64,000 bases of DNA from Candidatus Latescibacterota bacterium. Lineage in GTDB: Bacteria; Latescibacterota; UBA2968; UBA8231. The DNA lies in assembly GCA_965248265.1 (NCBI GenBank), contig CBDFJF010000001.1, forward strand, positions 384,001 to 448,000, in the 5' to 3' direction. Positions 47,626 through 57,009 of the stretch are shown piece after piece; position 1 is the stretch's first letter, and each line of letters begins with the position of its first letter. The position numbers and the translations under genes are program-made. The notes beneath the pieces were generated by a model, which was given only the letters and a program-made list of their open reading frames with translations, did not search any database and was not told where the DNA came from.

Positions 47626-49113
47626 ATGACTAGCCGTTCACAACTCGTCGTTGGACTTGATCTCGGCACCGCCGGGATTCGCGCGGTCGCCGTAAACGAG
47701 CGCGGAGTGGTTGTGGCGCGCTGGGGTACCGCGCTGGAGCTCAGAACGCAGAGCCTGGCGGCGGGAAGGCACGAGCAGGATCCCGAGGCCTGGTGGAAGG
47801 CCACGATGGAAACGCTGGCCGGGTTGAGCCAGGAGTTGAAGGGCTGCGGATACCACGGCGATGCGATCGTCGCTCTATGCGTCGACGGAACTTCCGGGAC
47901 GCTGGTCTGCACAGGCTCGCAGGGCCAGGCGCTGAGGCCGGCGATCATGCACAATGACCAACGGGCCTTAGAAGAGGCGCAAGCGCTGCGTTCCAGCGCC
48001 GCCTCCACCAGCAGCAAGCTGGGTTACCGCATGGCGCCTTCCTTCGCGGCGGCGAAAATCCTGTGGTTGCAGCGGCACGAGCCCAGCATCTTCGTAGCAA
48101 CCCGCTGGTTCGCCCACCAGGCTGACTTCATCAGTGGCCGCCTATGTGGCGAGTTCGGGGTTACCGACTACAGCAACGCACTCAAGACCGGCTTCGATCT
48201 TGTCGATGAGTGCTGGCCGACCTGGTGGGGGGACTTTGATGGCATCGAGGGGCGACTGCCACGTGTGGTCGCACCGGGCACTCAAATCGGCGTGTTGGAT
48301 GCGACCGTTGCCGATTCCCTGGGATTTCCCTCCGCGGCCGTGGTCAGCGGGGCTACGGATGGCACGGCAGCGTTTCTCGCTTCGGGTGCGTGTGAAGCCG
48401 GCGCTGACAACACAACCCTCGGCACGACTCTGGTTTTCAAGCGATTGTCACGTCAACTGGCGGCCGATGACGACGGCCTGGTGTACAGCCATAAATTGCC
48501 CGGTGGATTCTGGCTGCCAGGGGCTGCCAGCAACACCGGTGGCGAGTGGATCCAGCGGCACCACGGCGAAGCCGATCTGGGCCGGCTCGACCTCCAGAGC
48601 AGCGAGCAATTCCTACCCTGCGACCACGTTGCTTATCCGCTGGTCTCAGTGGGTGAACGCTTCCCGTTCCTGGCCGCGGATGCGCGAGGATTCTGCCATC
48701 CGGAAACGAGCGATCCGGTTGCGCGCTACGCGGCGAACCTGCAGGGGACTGCCTTCGTGGAGCGACTGTGCTACGAGGTTCTCGACCGGGCAACGGGTAC
48801 GGATGGTGGTGACATCTATGCCACGGGTGGAGCCAGCCGCAGCGACATCTGGCTGCAGCTGCGGGCGGATGTCACTGGTCGACGCATTCACCGGCCCGAT
48901 TGTGCGGAATCCGCTTTCGGCAGCGCGGTGATGGCAGCCTCGGCGGTGTGGCACGATGATGTGTGGTGCGCCGCTCGGGATATGGTTCACATCGAGTGTG
49001 CCTTCGAGCCAGACCGCTCACAATCCCAGGAGTATGAGGATCGCTTTCTGCGGTTCCGCGAGTTGATGGAAGAGCGTGGCTACATCCAACCAGTGCACGG
49101 AGTAAACCGATGA
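47626..49113 (+). CDS. FGGY-family carbohydrate kinase (SePSK/AtXK1 D-ribulose-kinase-like)
   Basis: GLDLGT, VDGTSGT, GATDG, TLGTTLV, YSH, ASNTGG, GERFP. Confidence 0.9.
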   Translation: MTSRSQLVVGLDLGTAGIRAVAVNERGVVVARWGTALELRTQSLAAGRHEQDPEAWWKATMETLAGLSQELKGCGYHGDAIVALCVDGTSGTLVCTGSQGQALRPAIMHNDQRALEEAQALRSSAASTSSKLGYRMAPSFAAAKILWLQRHEPSIFVATRWFAHQADFISGRLCGEFGVTDYSNALKTGFDLVDECWPTWWGDFDGIEGRLPRVVAPGTQIGVLDATVADSLGFPSAAVVSGATDGTAAFLASGACEAGADNTTLGTTLVFKRLSRQLAADDDGLVYSHKLPGGFWLPGAASNTGGEWIQRHHGEADLGRLDLQSSEQFLPCDHVAYPLVSVGERFPFLAADARGFCHPETSDPVARYAANLQGTAFVERLCYEVLDRATGTDGGDIYATGGASRSDIWLQLRADVTGRRIHRPDCAESAFGSAVMAASAVWHDDVWCAARDMVHIECAFEPDRSQSQEYEDRFLRFRELMEERGYIQPVHGVNR

Positions 49114-49784
49114 CAGAGGCCGTAAAAACCCTGGAACAGCTGGTATCGACCGCCAACGAATTGAGCACAGCCGGACTCGTTGCCGGCGCCGGGGGCAATG
49201 TCAGTGCGCGCGAGGGAGCCGGGATGTGGATCTCGCCCAGCGGGTTCTCATTCGGTGACGCCAGGCCGGAAGACTATCCGTGTGTGGCAGTCGAAAGCGG
49301 CGAGATCACACGGGGAGCGCGGCGGCCATCCTCCGAGGTCCTCATGCATCTGGCCATCTACCGGCGACGGCCGGAGGTCGATGCGGTCATACACACGCAT
49401 CCGCGCTATACAATTGCACTCACAGCTGCCGGCCATGATTTGAAACCAATGTTTGCCGATTACTACGTGTATTTGGGGGGGCACGTGCCGCATCTTCCGT
49501 ATATCACGGTAACCACCCCGGAGCTGGCGGAGGCGGTCGGGGTCGAGTTCGAAGATCAACGCTGCGTCGGCGCCGTGCTTCGCAATCACGGTGCGATCAC
49601 CGTCGGAGCTTCGATCCGTGAGGCGCTCTTCCGGACGCTGGCGATGGAAGAGCAGGCCATGATCCAATGGCAGGCACTGCAGGTCGGCACGCCGACCTTT
49701 CTCTCCGATGAGGAATGCGCTCGCCTGGATCAGCTGGGCAGCGAAACCTACCGGCGCCAGCTTCTGGCGGCGATGCGCACGTAG
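49110..49784 (+). CDS. Class II aldolase/adducin family protein
   Basis: GGNVS, SPSG, PSSE..MH, HTHP, LRNHG. Confidence 0.92.
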   Translation: MTEAVKTLEQLVSTANELSTAGLVAGAGGNVSAREGAGMWISPSGFSFGDARPEDYPCVAVESGEITRGARRPSSEVLMHLAIYRRRPEVDAVIHTHPRYTIALTAAGHDLKPMFADYYVYLGGHVPHLPYITVTTPELAEAVGVEFEDQRCVGAVLRNHGAITVGASIREALFRTLAMEEQAMIQWQALQVGTPTFLSDEECARLDQLGSETYRRQLLAAMRT

Positions 49785-49789
49785 GTGGC

Positions 49790-50500
49790 ATGCACATGGA
49801 AACGATGACTCCCCGCGCCGTCCTTTTCGACCTCGATGACACGCTGTACGGGTATGAACCATGCAATCAGGCGGGGTTGCGAGCGACATCGCGGCTGCTG
49901 GCGCAATTCGCGGCCGGTCTCACCTACGAGCGGTTCATGGCCGTGCACGACGAGGTGCGCGACCAACTGGCCGCCCAACTGGGTGGAACCGCAGCCAGTC
50001 ACAATCGAGCTCTGTTTTTCAACATGATGGTCGAGCGGGTCGCCTGCCAAACCAGCCTGGCCATCGATCTCTATGACCTCTACTGGCAGCAATTCCTTGA
50101 GTACGCACGCGGGGGCGCAGGGGCAGCAGTCAAGGTCCTCACCGAACTAACCGCACGCGGTTACCTGCTCGCTATCGTCTCCAACCATGTAGCGTTGCCC
50201 CAGTTGCGCAAGGTAAGAGCGCTGGGTTTGGAGCCTTACTTCAAGGCCATCGTGACCAGTGAAGAGGCGGGTGCGGAGAAGCCGGAGCCGCGAATCTTCG
50301 GGCAAGCTCTGGACCGGCTGGGAGTCAATGCCGGGGAAGCCGTCTTCATCGGGGACAATCCGGCCGGCGATATCCTCGGTGCTATCGGGGCCGGTATCGG
50401 CATGACTATTCTGACGGTGGAATACTCGGGGTCCGCGGTTTGCGAGGAAGCCGATCACACGGTGTCGAAACTCGGAGAAGTTCTGGAGATACTTCCCTGA
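49790..50500 (+). CDS. HAD-superfamily hydrolase
   Basis: FDLDDTL, VSN, EKP, IGDNPAGDI. Confidence 0.92.
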   Translation: MHMETMTPRAVLFDLDDTLYGYEPCNQAGLRATSRLLAQFAAGLTYERFMAVHDEVRDQLAAQLGGTAASHNRALFFNMMVERVACQTSLAIDLYDLYWQQFLEYARGGAGAAVKVLTELTARGYLLAIVSNHVALPQLRKVRALGLEPYFKAIVTSEEAGAEKPEPRIFGQALDRLGVNAGEAVFIGDNPAGDILGAIGAGIGMTILTVEYSGSAVCEEADHTVSKLGEVLEILP

Positions 50501-50521
50501 CGCGCGGTTTGCTGCACGGTC

Positions 50522-51553
50522 TCAAAAAACGCCGTCGCGAGACTGATATTTCGTTGGCTTGCCCAGGCTACATCCGCCCGTATCCACCCAGTGGGCGACC
50601 CAATCTGCCATCTGCATCAAGGGGGTCGGTGGGGTTCCCAGCAGCTTGAAAAGTTTGCTCGAGTCCCCGAGTAGGGCGGTCTCACTTTCGGTTCCCTCGA
50701 ACACCGGATCGACTCCCAGTCTGTTGCCCAGGGCGTGTGCGATTTCCCGTACGGAGATCACTTCTGGTCCGGTCATGTTGAGGACGGTCGCAGGATCGGT
50801 GGCCTTTGCCACGACGCGCGCGAGGTAAGCATTGGCGTCTCCCTGCCAGATCTGGTTGACATGCCCCATCGTGAGATCGATCGGGGTGTGCGTGACGATG
50901 TTGTGGGCGAGATCGTGGAGGATGCCGTAGCGCAACTCGGTGGCGTAGAACAGGCGAACGATGAGCAATTCAACGTTCAGGCGCTCCGCCATGTAGGTGG
51001 CCAGCCGTTCGCCTCCCAAACGAGACTGCGCGTATTCACCGACCGGATCCAGGATGCCGTCTTCGTCGGCGCCTCCTCCATCCACCGGGGTGTAGGCATA
51101 CACGTTGCCGGAGCTCACGTAGACGATTTTGGTGTCGCGGTAGCGCTCGACGACCCGGGGGGGCAGCAGGGCATTGGCGGCCCAGGTCAGCGTCTGGTTT
51201 CCGGTGGCACCGAATTTGAACCCCGCCATCAGGTAGACGCAGGCTGCGTCCGGCAGGGTTGTGAGGGCGGAGTCGTCGAGCAGGTCGGCCCTGATCGTGT
51301 CCACTCCAATGGCCTGCAGGTGCAGCTCTACGGCCGGTTCGCTGAACCGGGAAACCCCGATGACATGCCTGGCACCTGCCCTGATCAGCAGCTCGGCAAG
51401 GGTCGGCCCCATCTTGCCGGCCACGCCCAGGATGACGATGTCGCCGTCGATGGCGCTGACCGCGCTCTCCACCTCCGGGGTTGGCCTCGTCATGACTTCG
51501 ACGAGGGATTCCTCGGATTCGATCAATGAGGCCATGGGCTGTGGCCGTTTCAT
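50522..51553 (-). CDS. NAD-dependent epimerase/dehydratase family protein
   Basis: LGVAGKMG, AGFKFG, SSGNVY, GEYAQS, NQIWQGDAN. Confidence 0.88.
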   Translation of the reverse strand: MKRPQPMASLIESEESLVEVMTRPTPEVESAVSAIDGDIVILGVAGKMGPTLAELLIRAGARHVIGVSRFSEPAVELHLQAIGVDTIRADLLDDSALTTLPDAACVYLMAGFKFGATGNQTLTWAANALLPPRVVERYRDTKIVYVSSGNVYAYTPVDGGGADEDGILDPVGEYAQSRLGGERLATYMAERLNVELLIVRLFYATELRYGILHDLAHNIVTHTPIDLTMGHVNQIWQGDANAYLARVVAKATDPATVLNMTGPEVISVREIAHALGNRLGVDPVFEGTESETALLGDSSKLFKLLGTPPTPLMQMADWVAHWVDTGGCSLGKPTKYQSRDGVF

Positions 51554-52281
51554 GAAAGGTAGCCGAGCACGGTGTCGAAGGCTGCCAATTGCGCGGCGAT
51601 CCGCGTTTCCATCTCAACGCCACTCGGTGTTTCGAACATGACGGCATGGGCTGTGTGGTGGGCCAACACGTAAGTCAGTAATCCCTGCTGGCCCCAGGAT
51701 GGCTGTACGCAGAGAACGCCGGGTGAGACGGGATCGCTGTCCTCACTCTCCTCGCCGTCCGGATCGATCGGTATGATCGCACCGACTCGTTCAATGATGG
51801 CCGGGCCAACCCCGACCCCGCTCTCGCAGGTCTCGTACATATAAAAGCCGGAGGCCTCCCAATCTTCATGGAAGTCGACATGACAGTCGAAGCGCTCGCC
51901 CTTGAGCAGCTGCTTGATGATGCGGACCTCCTCTTCAACGTCCGCCTCGAATGACCGGTTGATATCGACTCCTCTGCTATTCTCTCGCGTGTTGCGCACG
52001 TATCCGGTCGGATTCACGCAGGGCACGACGACAAACTCGAAGCCGGGATAGGCCGGGTGAGCGGATTCAAAAAAACAAAGGACCGCTTCGATCCCGGCCG
52101 GCTCGTCGCCGTGGACGCCGCTGGTCACCAGCAGGCGTTGCGTCCTCGTCGACGAGGAATGCCGCACGAAGCGATGCACGGGCAGGTCTTCCACTGATCC
52201 AATGACGGTAACCTCGGAGTCGGCACGCTCGTCGAGGGTCGTGACACGATCGGTAATGCCGGAATAATCGCGGGAGGTCAT
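51550..52281 (-). CDS. M14 metallocarboxypeptidase / succinylglutamate desuccinylase-like
   Basis: GVHGDEPAG, NPTG, DINRSF, DFHED, FETP. Confidence 0.88.
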   Translation of the reverse strand: MTSRDYSGITDRVTTLDERADSEVTVIGSVEDLPVHRFVRHSSSTRTQRLLVTSGVHGDEPAGIEAVLCFFESAHPAYPGFEFVVVPCVNPTGYVRNTRENSRGVDINRSFEADVEEEVRIIKQLLKGERFDCHVDFHEDWEASGFYMYETCESGVGVGPAIIERVGAIIPIDPDGEESEDSDPVSPGVLCVQPSWGQQGLLTYVLAHHTAHAVMFETPSGVEMETRIAAQLAAFDTVLGYLS

Positions 52282-52640
52282 GAATCCTCGGCCGTCGGCA
52301 GTGGGACCTTGACGCCGTCGTCGTCGACGCGCACATAGGTGACTCCGGTCGAAAAGATCGGCTGCGAGTCATCCTCGTTGGCGTTGAACACGTTCACGGT
52401 ATACTGAACCGAACTGGTGCCTACCCGCGCCTGTTGTACCTGGAATCTGAGCACCGTGCCCTGCAGGACGCTCCGGCGGAATTCGACGTGATCGAGGGCG
52501 ACGGTAACCAGATTGCACCGGGGAAAGTCCAGGCTGGCGGCAATGTAGGCGTATTCATCGACCCACTGCAGCATGCGGCCGCCGAACAGGAATCCGTGGT
52601 GGTTCAGGTCCTCGGGCATTACCAGCTTGTAGTTTTCCAA
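52278..52640 (-). CDS. Acyl-CoA thioesterase (hotdog fold)
   Basis: VMPEDLNHHGFLFGGRMLQWVDE, VGTSS. Confidence 0.9.
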   Translation of the reverse strand: MENYKLVMPEDLNHHGFLFGGRMLQWVDEYAYIAASLDFPRCNLVTVALDHVEFRRSVLQGTVLRFQVQQARVGTSSVQYTVNVFNANEDDSQPIFSTGVTYVRVDDDGVKVPLPTAEDS

Positions 52641-52843
52641 AGACGGCGTCTTGCGGTTTGTGAGGGAGGGAATGTGTTCGAGTTGCCGCGAATCAATGTG
52701 GCCAAAACCGGCGTTGTATTCAATAGATCGATTCGGCTACTCGATGTGGCTACTCGATTAAACCCGACTCGCTTGACCCACGGTCGCGGGCGCGGCAGTT
52801 TTCGCCAGACAAGTCAGTTACCCGCAAGCAAGAGAGGCAACAC

Positions 52844-53893
52844 GTGCACTTTTCCGAGCTCGATACTCCGGCACTCGTCGTCGATCTGGACGGACTCGAG
52901 AACAACATTGAGACCTTGCAACGCGCATGCAACGAACTCGGCATCGACCTGCGTGTTCACACGAAAACGCACAAGACGCCCGAGATCGCGCGGATGCAGG
53001 TGGCTGCTGGAGCCATCGGCATCGTCAGCCAGAAACTGGGCGAGGCGGAAGCCATGGCCGCCGCGGGGATGGAAGACATTCTCATCGTCTACAACATCGT
53101 CGGCAAGCCGAAGCTCGAACGCCTGACCCGCCTGGTGAAAAGCGGCACGACGATGCTGACGCTGGCCGCGGATTCGGCGGCGACGGTGGAGGGGATCTCA
53201 CGGCAGGCTTCCGCCGAAGGATGCAGTGTGCGGTTGATTGTCGAGATGGACACGGGCAATCACCGCTGCGGCGTGCAATCGCCGCAGGAGACCCTCGAGC
53301 TGGCGCAACTCATAGACCGTCTTCCCGGCCTGGAGTTCATGGGAGTGATGACCTACGCCCACAACGACGGCGTCGGTCCTTTCATCGACGAGGTGCGTGA
53401 TCTGACCCAGAAATCCGGCCTGCCGCTACACATCGTCAGCGGCGGTGGTACCGGTAGCGAGTTGTTCTGCAAGAAGATCGGTTGCACGGAGACCCGCATA
53501 GGCTCTTACGCCTATGAGGGCATGACCAGGGTAAGCGAGCGTGCGCACCTGCAGCCACAACGCTGCCCACTGCGCATGGTCGTTACCGTGGTCAGCACCG
53601 CCGTGCCAGGACAGATCATCATCGACGCCGGCATGAAGGCCTTTGCCAGCTATCCGCCCATTCCGTACGGCTACTGCATCGAACATCCCGAAATCGAGAT
53701 CAAAATGATGTCCGTCGAGCATGGTCACGTCGACGTGACGGCCTCATCTCACGAGTTCCAGGTCGGAGAGGTGCTGTCCTTCATCCCCCTTCACGGCGGC
53801 ATGACGACGAACCTGCACGATCGCCTCTACCCGATGCGCGATGGCGAAGTGGGGGATCCGTGGATGGTGGCAGGACGGGGAAAGGCCCAGTAA
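52844..53893 (+). CDS. DSD1/D-threonine aldolase-family PLP-dependent enzyme
   Basis: LDTPAL, RVHTKTHK, KLGEAE, HRCGV, SGGGT, DAGMK, SVEHG. Confidence 0.9.
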   Translation: MHFSELDTPALVVDLDGLENNIETLQRACNELGIDLRVHTKTHKTPEIARMQVAAGAIGIVSQKLGEAEAMAAAGMEDILIVYNIVGKPKLERLTRLVKSGTTMLTLAADSAATVEGISRQASAEGCSVRLIVEMDTGNHRCGVQSPQETLELAQLIDRLPGLEFMGVMTYAHNDGVGPFIDEVRDLTQKSGLPLHIVSGGGTGSELFCKKIGCTETRIGSYAYEGMTRVSERAHLQPQRCPLRMVVTVVSTAVPGQIIIDAGMKAFASYPPIPYGYCIEHPEIEIKMMSVEHGHVDVTASSHEFQVGEVLSFIPLHGGMTTNLHDRLYPMRDGEVGDPWMVAGRGKAQ

Positions 53894-53907
53894 AACGGGA
53901 GCCCAGA

Positions 53908-54357
53908 TCACTGAGGGGCGGGCTGGAACAACTCCATGGTGATGCCATCGGGGTCGACGACGTAGGCTCCCCAGGCCTCGGTGTTGGCACCGACATCGAT
54001 TCTCACCGGCGGGGACTTGAAGTGAACACCCTTGGCACTGAGCTCTTCGTAGGCGGCCTGCAGGTCCTCGACGATGAAAGCGACGTGGGAGTTGCCCGGG
54101 TTGTTCGTGCTCATGTCGACGGTCTGGCCACGTGGGTGCGCGTACTCGAACAGCTCGAGAATGTGGTCGGACCCGGGAATGCGCAGCTCCACCGCCTTGA
54201 CGACGCTGTCGGAGAAGGCGACGATGTCACGGAAATATTGGTCCGTGATCTCCCGTTCCCAGATGATCTCGCAGCCGAGCAGGTCGCGGTAAAACGCTAA
54301 GGAGCGTTCCATGTTGGACACGGTGTAGCTGGTATGATGGACGCCGCTGACCTTCAT
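53908..54357 (-). CDS. VOC (glyoxalase) family protein
   Basis: HHTSYTVSNMERSLAFY, LELFEY, HVAF, DPDGITMEL. Confidence 0.92.
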   Translation of the reverse strand: MKVSGVHHTSYTVSNMERSLAFYRDLLGCEIIWEREITDQYFRDIVAFSDSVVKAVELRIPGSDHILELFEYAHPRGQTVDMSTNNPGNSHVAFIVEDLQAAYEELSAKGVHFKSPPVRIDVGANTEAWGAYVVDPDGITMELFQPAPQ

Positions 54358-54391
54358 CGGGTTTTTCCTCCTTCAGTTTCAGATCCCAGTT

Positions 54392-55165
54392 TCAAAATAG
54401 TTGGTAGGCCGTCCAGCCACCGTCGACGCGCAGGGTCTCCGCGGTTATGTAGGAGGCCTCGTCGCTGGCCAGATAGAGCACGGCATCCGCCACTTCGTCG
54501 GGTGTCCCGAGCCGCCCCATTGGTGTGCGGCGTTCGTAGGTGTCGAGGCTGGCCGTGCCCTCTTCCAGTCCTTTGCGGACCATTTCCGTCATGACGACCG
54601 CTGGAGCCACACCGACGACGCGAACGCCGCGCTGCGCCCATTCGATACCCAGCGCCTCGGTCAGCATGATGAGCCCGGCCTTGGCTGTACCGTAGGCGAC
54701 TCGGCCTTCGATCGGATGGCATCCGATAATCGAGGCGATGTTGACGATGACGCCCTGGCCGCGGGCCAGCATGGGGCGGGACACGGCCTGGCTGCAGTAG
54801 AAGGCGCCCGACAGCATCACGTCGATGGTCTCACGCCACTGGTCAGCCGGGAGCAGCTCGGCGGCAGCCTTGTGGGCGACGCCGGCGTTGTTCACCCACA
54901 CGTCAACGGCTCCACACTCTTCCACGAGCCGCTCAACCAGAGCCGCGCTCTCCTCCGGGGAACGGACGTCGAGAAGCTCGAAGCGAGCATCCGTGCCCTG
55001 GTCGCGAAGGATCTCGGCGGCACCCTCTCCCTGCTCGGCATTGATGTCGGTGAGGACAACGCGGGCTTGTGCTGCTCCAAAGCGGCGACCCATCTCCAGA
55101 CCGAGACCGCGGGAGCTACCCGTGATTACTACTGTATAGCCGGAGAAATCGGTTGGCGCGGCCAT
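54392..55165 (-). CDS. SDR-family oxidoreductase
   Basis: TGSSRGLG, NNAG, NIAS, YGTAK. Confidence 0.93.
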   Translation of the reverse strand: MAAPTDFSGYTVVITGSSRGLGLEMGRRFGAAQARVVLTDINAEQGEGAAEILRDQGTDARFELLDVRSPEESAALVERLVEECGAVDVWVNNAGVAHKAAAELLPADQWRETIDVMLSGAFYCSQAVSRPMLARGQGVIVNIASIIGCHPIEGRVAYGTAKAGLIMLTEALGIEWAQRGVRVVGVAPAVVMTEMVRKGLEEGTASLDTYERRTPMGRLGTPDEVADAVLYLASDEASYITAETLRVDGGWTAYQLF

Positions 55166-55986
55166 TAATCCTCCTTCTCCGGAAAACCGGTGGCATCCAG
55201 GTTGCCCCAGGCCACCCAGCCGCCATCGGCGCGCAGGTTCTGACCGGTGATGTAGCTTGCCCGGTCCGAGGCCAGAAACAGCACGACGTCGGCGATCTCG
55301 TCGACCTCGGCGATACGACCCATCGGCGTGCGCCTGTTGTACTGTTCCAGACTGGTCAGTCCGCCGCGGACCGCCTCGGCTACCATTTCAGTACGGGTCA
55401 CTCCTGGTGAAACGCAGTTGAGACGGATGTTGTACTGGGCCCATTCGGTGGCCAGCATTTCGTTCAGCTTAATCACGCCGGCCTTGGCGGCCGTGTAGGC
55501 GGAACGCATCGGCCAGCCACCCATTCCGGTGATCGAGGCCAGTTGGACGACGCTGCCGCTGCACTGTGGGATCATCGATTCGCGCGCGACCGCCTGAGTC
55601 ATCAGGAAGACCCCCGTCAGCAACACATCGATCTGCAGGCGCCAGTCCTCCTCACGGACATCCTCCGACTTGCCCGGCACGAAGACGCCGACGCTGTTGA
55701 CGAGCAGGTCGATGCGGCCATGCTCGGCGACGACCTGCCTGGCCAGAATGGCACAGGATTCTCCCTGGGTGATGTCGAGCTGGATGGCCTGGGCTCGCAA
55801 GCCCTCGGACCGCAGACGAGCTGCCGCCGCCTCGCCGCGTTCAGAGACCAGCTCAGCGATCACGACCACCGCGCCTTCGCGGGCGAATCTCTGGGCAATT
55901 GCTTCCCCGATGCCCTGGCCGGCACCGGTGATGATGGCGACGCGGTCCTGGAGTTGCAAGTCGTCGATGGCGGGGACTTCAGGCAT
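55165..55986 (-). CDS. SDR-family oxidoreductase
   Basis: TGAGQGIG, YTAAK, ITGQNLRADGG. Confidence 0.93.
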   Translation of the reverse strand: MPEVPAIDDLQLQDRVAIITGAGQGIGEAIAQRFAREGAVVVIAELVSERGEAAAARLRSEGLRAQAIQLDITQGESCAILARQVVAEHGRIDLLVNSVGVFVPGKSEDVREEDWRLQIDVLLTGVFLMTQAVARESMIPQCSGSVVQLASITGMGGWPMRSAYTAAKAGVIKLNEMLATEWAQYNIRLNCVSPGVTRTEMVAEAVRGGLTSLEQYNRRTPMGRIAEVDEIADVVLFLASDRASYITGQNLRADGGWVAWGNLDATGFPEKED

Positions 55987-56078
55987 GCTCGAGAGTGGCT
56001 CCTGTGGAACGGGAGGTCACGCAGTGGCTATCATTATAGGCAGCACGGCATGCTGACACGAGGGATGATTGGATCGGA

Positions 56079-56342
56079 ATGGCAAAAAAGGGCGACCCGG
56101 AGCGCCGGACCATTGGGATACACTGCGCTGGATGCCGGAGTCTGCTGTACAAGTATCGGAAAGGGGGCACCGGCGGTCTGGTCAAATGTTTCGTAGAGCG
56201 GATCGTCGAAGACCACACCGAGGGCAACCTGCATTGCCCGCAATGCGGTCAGGAATTCGCGCGTGAGCGAATGTTTAATGGCAAGCCGGCCCACAAGATC
56301 ATCCAGGGCAAGGTCTTCGTCCGCGGGATGAGGCGCAAATGA
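56079..56342 (+). CDS. Small basic zinc-ribbon-like hypothetical protein
   Basis: CAGC...LYKYRKGG.G.LVKC...CPQCG...AHKIIQGKV; ATGA overlap with the next gene. Confidence 0.75.
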   Translation: MAKKGDPERRTIGIHCAGCRSLLYKYRKGGTGGLVKCFVERIVEDHTEGNLHCPQCGQEFARERMFNGKPAHKIIQGKVFVRGMRRK

Positions 56343-56947
56343 GGGAATCACACACAGGAGTGACCCGTTCAACCTACGATCGCATTTCAAGAGAGTTCCT
56401 CGAGCGTACCGTGGATCGACGAGGGGTCCGTCACATGAGAAGGCAGTTCATGACTGCCCTGCCGCGCGATGCTCTGATCCTCGACATCGGATGTGGTCCT
56501 GGTTTTGACGTCGACCACTTTCGCGCCGAAGGCCACGGTGCCATTGGCATCGATCTTTCGCATGGTATGTTGCGACTGGCCAGCGAGGAATACGGAGCGG
56601 GCGCCTATGTGCAGGCGGACATGCGTCATCTGCCCTGCGGCCGTACGGCGGACGGCATTTGGGCTTGTGCGTCCATGTTGCATCTTGAACGGGAGGACTT
56701 TCCTGACGCACTTTCAGGTTTTGGGAAGGCGTTGAAACCAGGGGGTATTCTGTGTTTCAGCCTAAAGGCGGGTGAAGGCGATGAGTGGGATACGCGCTAC
56801 GGTGCTGACTGTCGGCGGTGGTTTACGTTCTGGTCTGAAGCAGACGTCGACGGACATCTGCGGGAGCATGGCTTTGAAATCCTTGACCCGGAACAAGACC
56901 GCCCTGACAGGCCCAGCTGGATCCGTCGACTGGCGCGGCGGCGGTGA
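56339..56947 (+). CDS. Class I SAM-dependent methyltransferase
   Basis: ILDIGCGPG, GIDLS, ADMR, IWACASMLH, LKPGG. Confidence 0.9.
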   Translation: MRESHTGVTRSTYDRISREFLERTVDRRGVRHMRRQFMTALPRDALILDIGCGPGFDVDHFRAEGHGAIGIDLSHGMLRLASEEYGAGAYVQADMRHLPCGRTADGIWACASMLHLEREDFPDALSGFGKALKPGGILCFSLKAGEGDEWDTRYGADCRRWFTFWSEADVDGHLREHGFEILDPEQDRPDRPSWIRRLARRR

Positions 56948-57009
56948 AAAGCCCAAGCGTCACCCCCGCCTGCCCCTGCACGAGGCCGTCCTCTGGGTCC
57001 GCTACTCGT

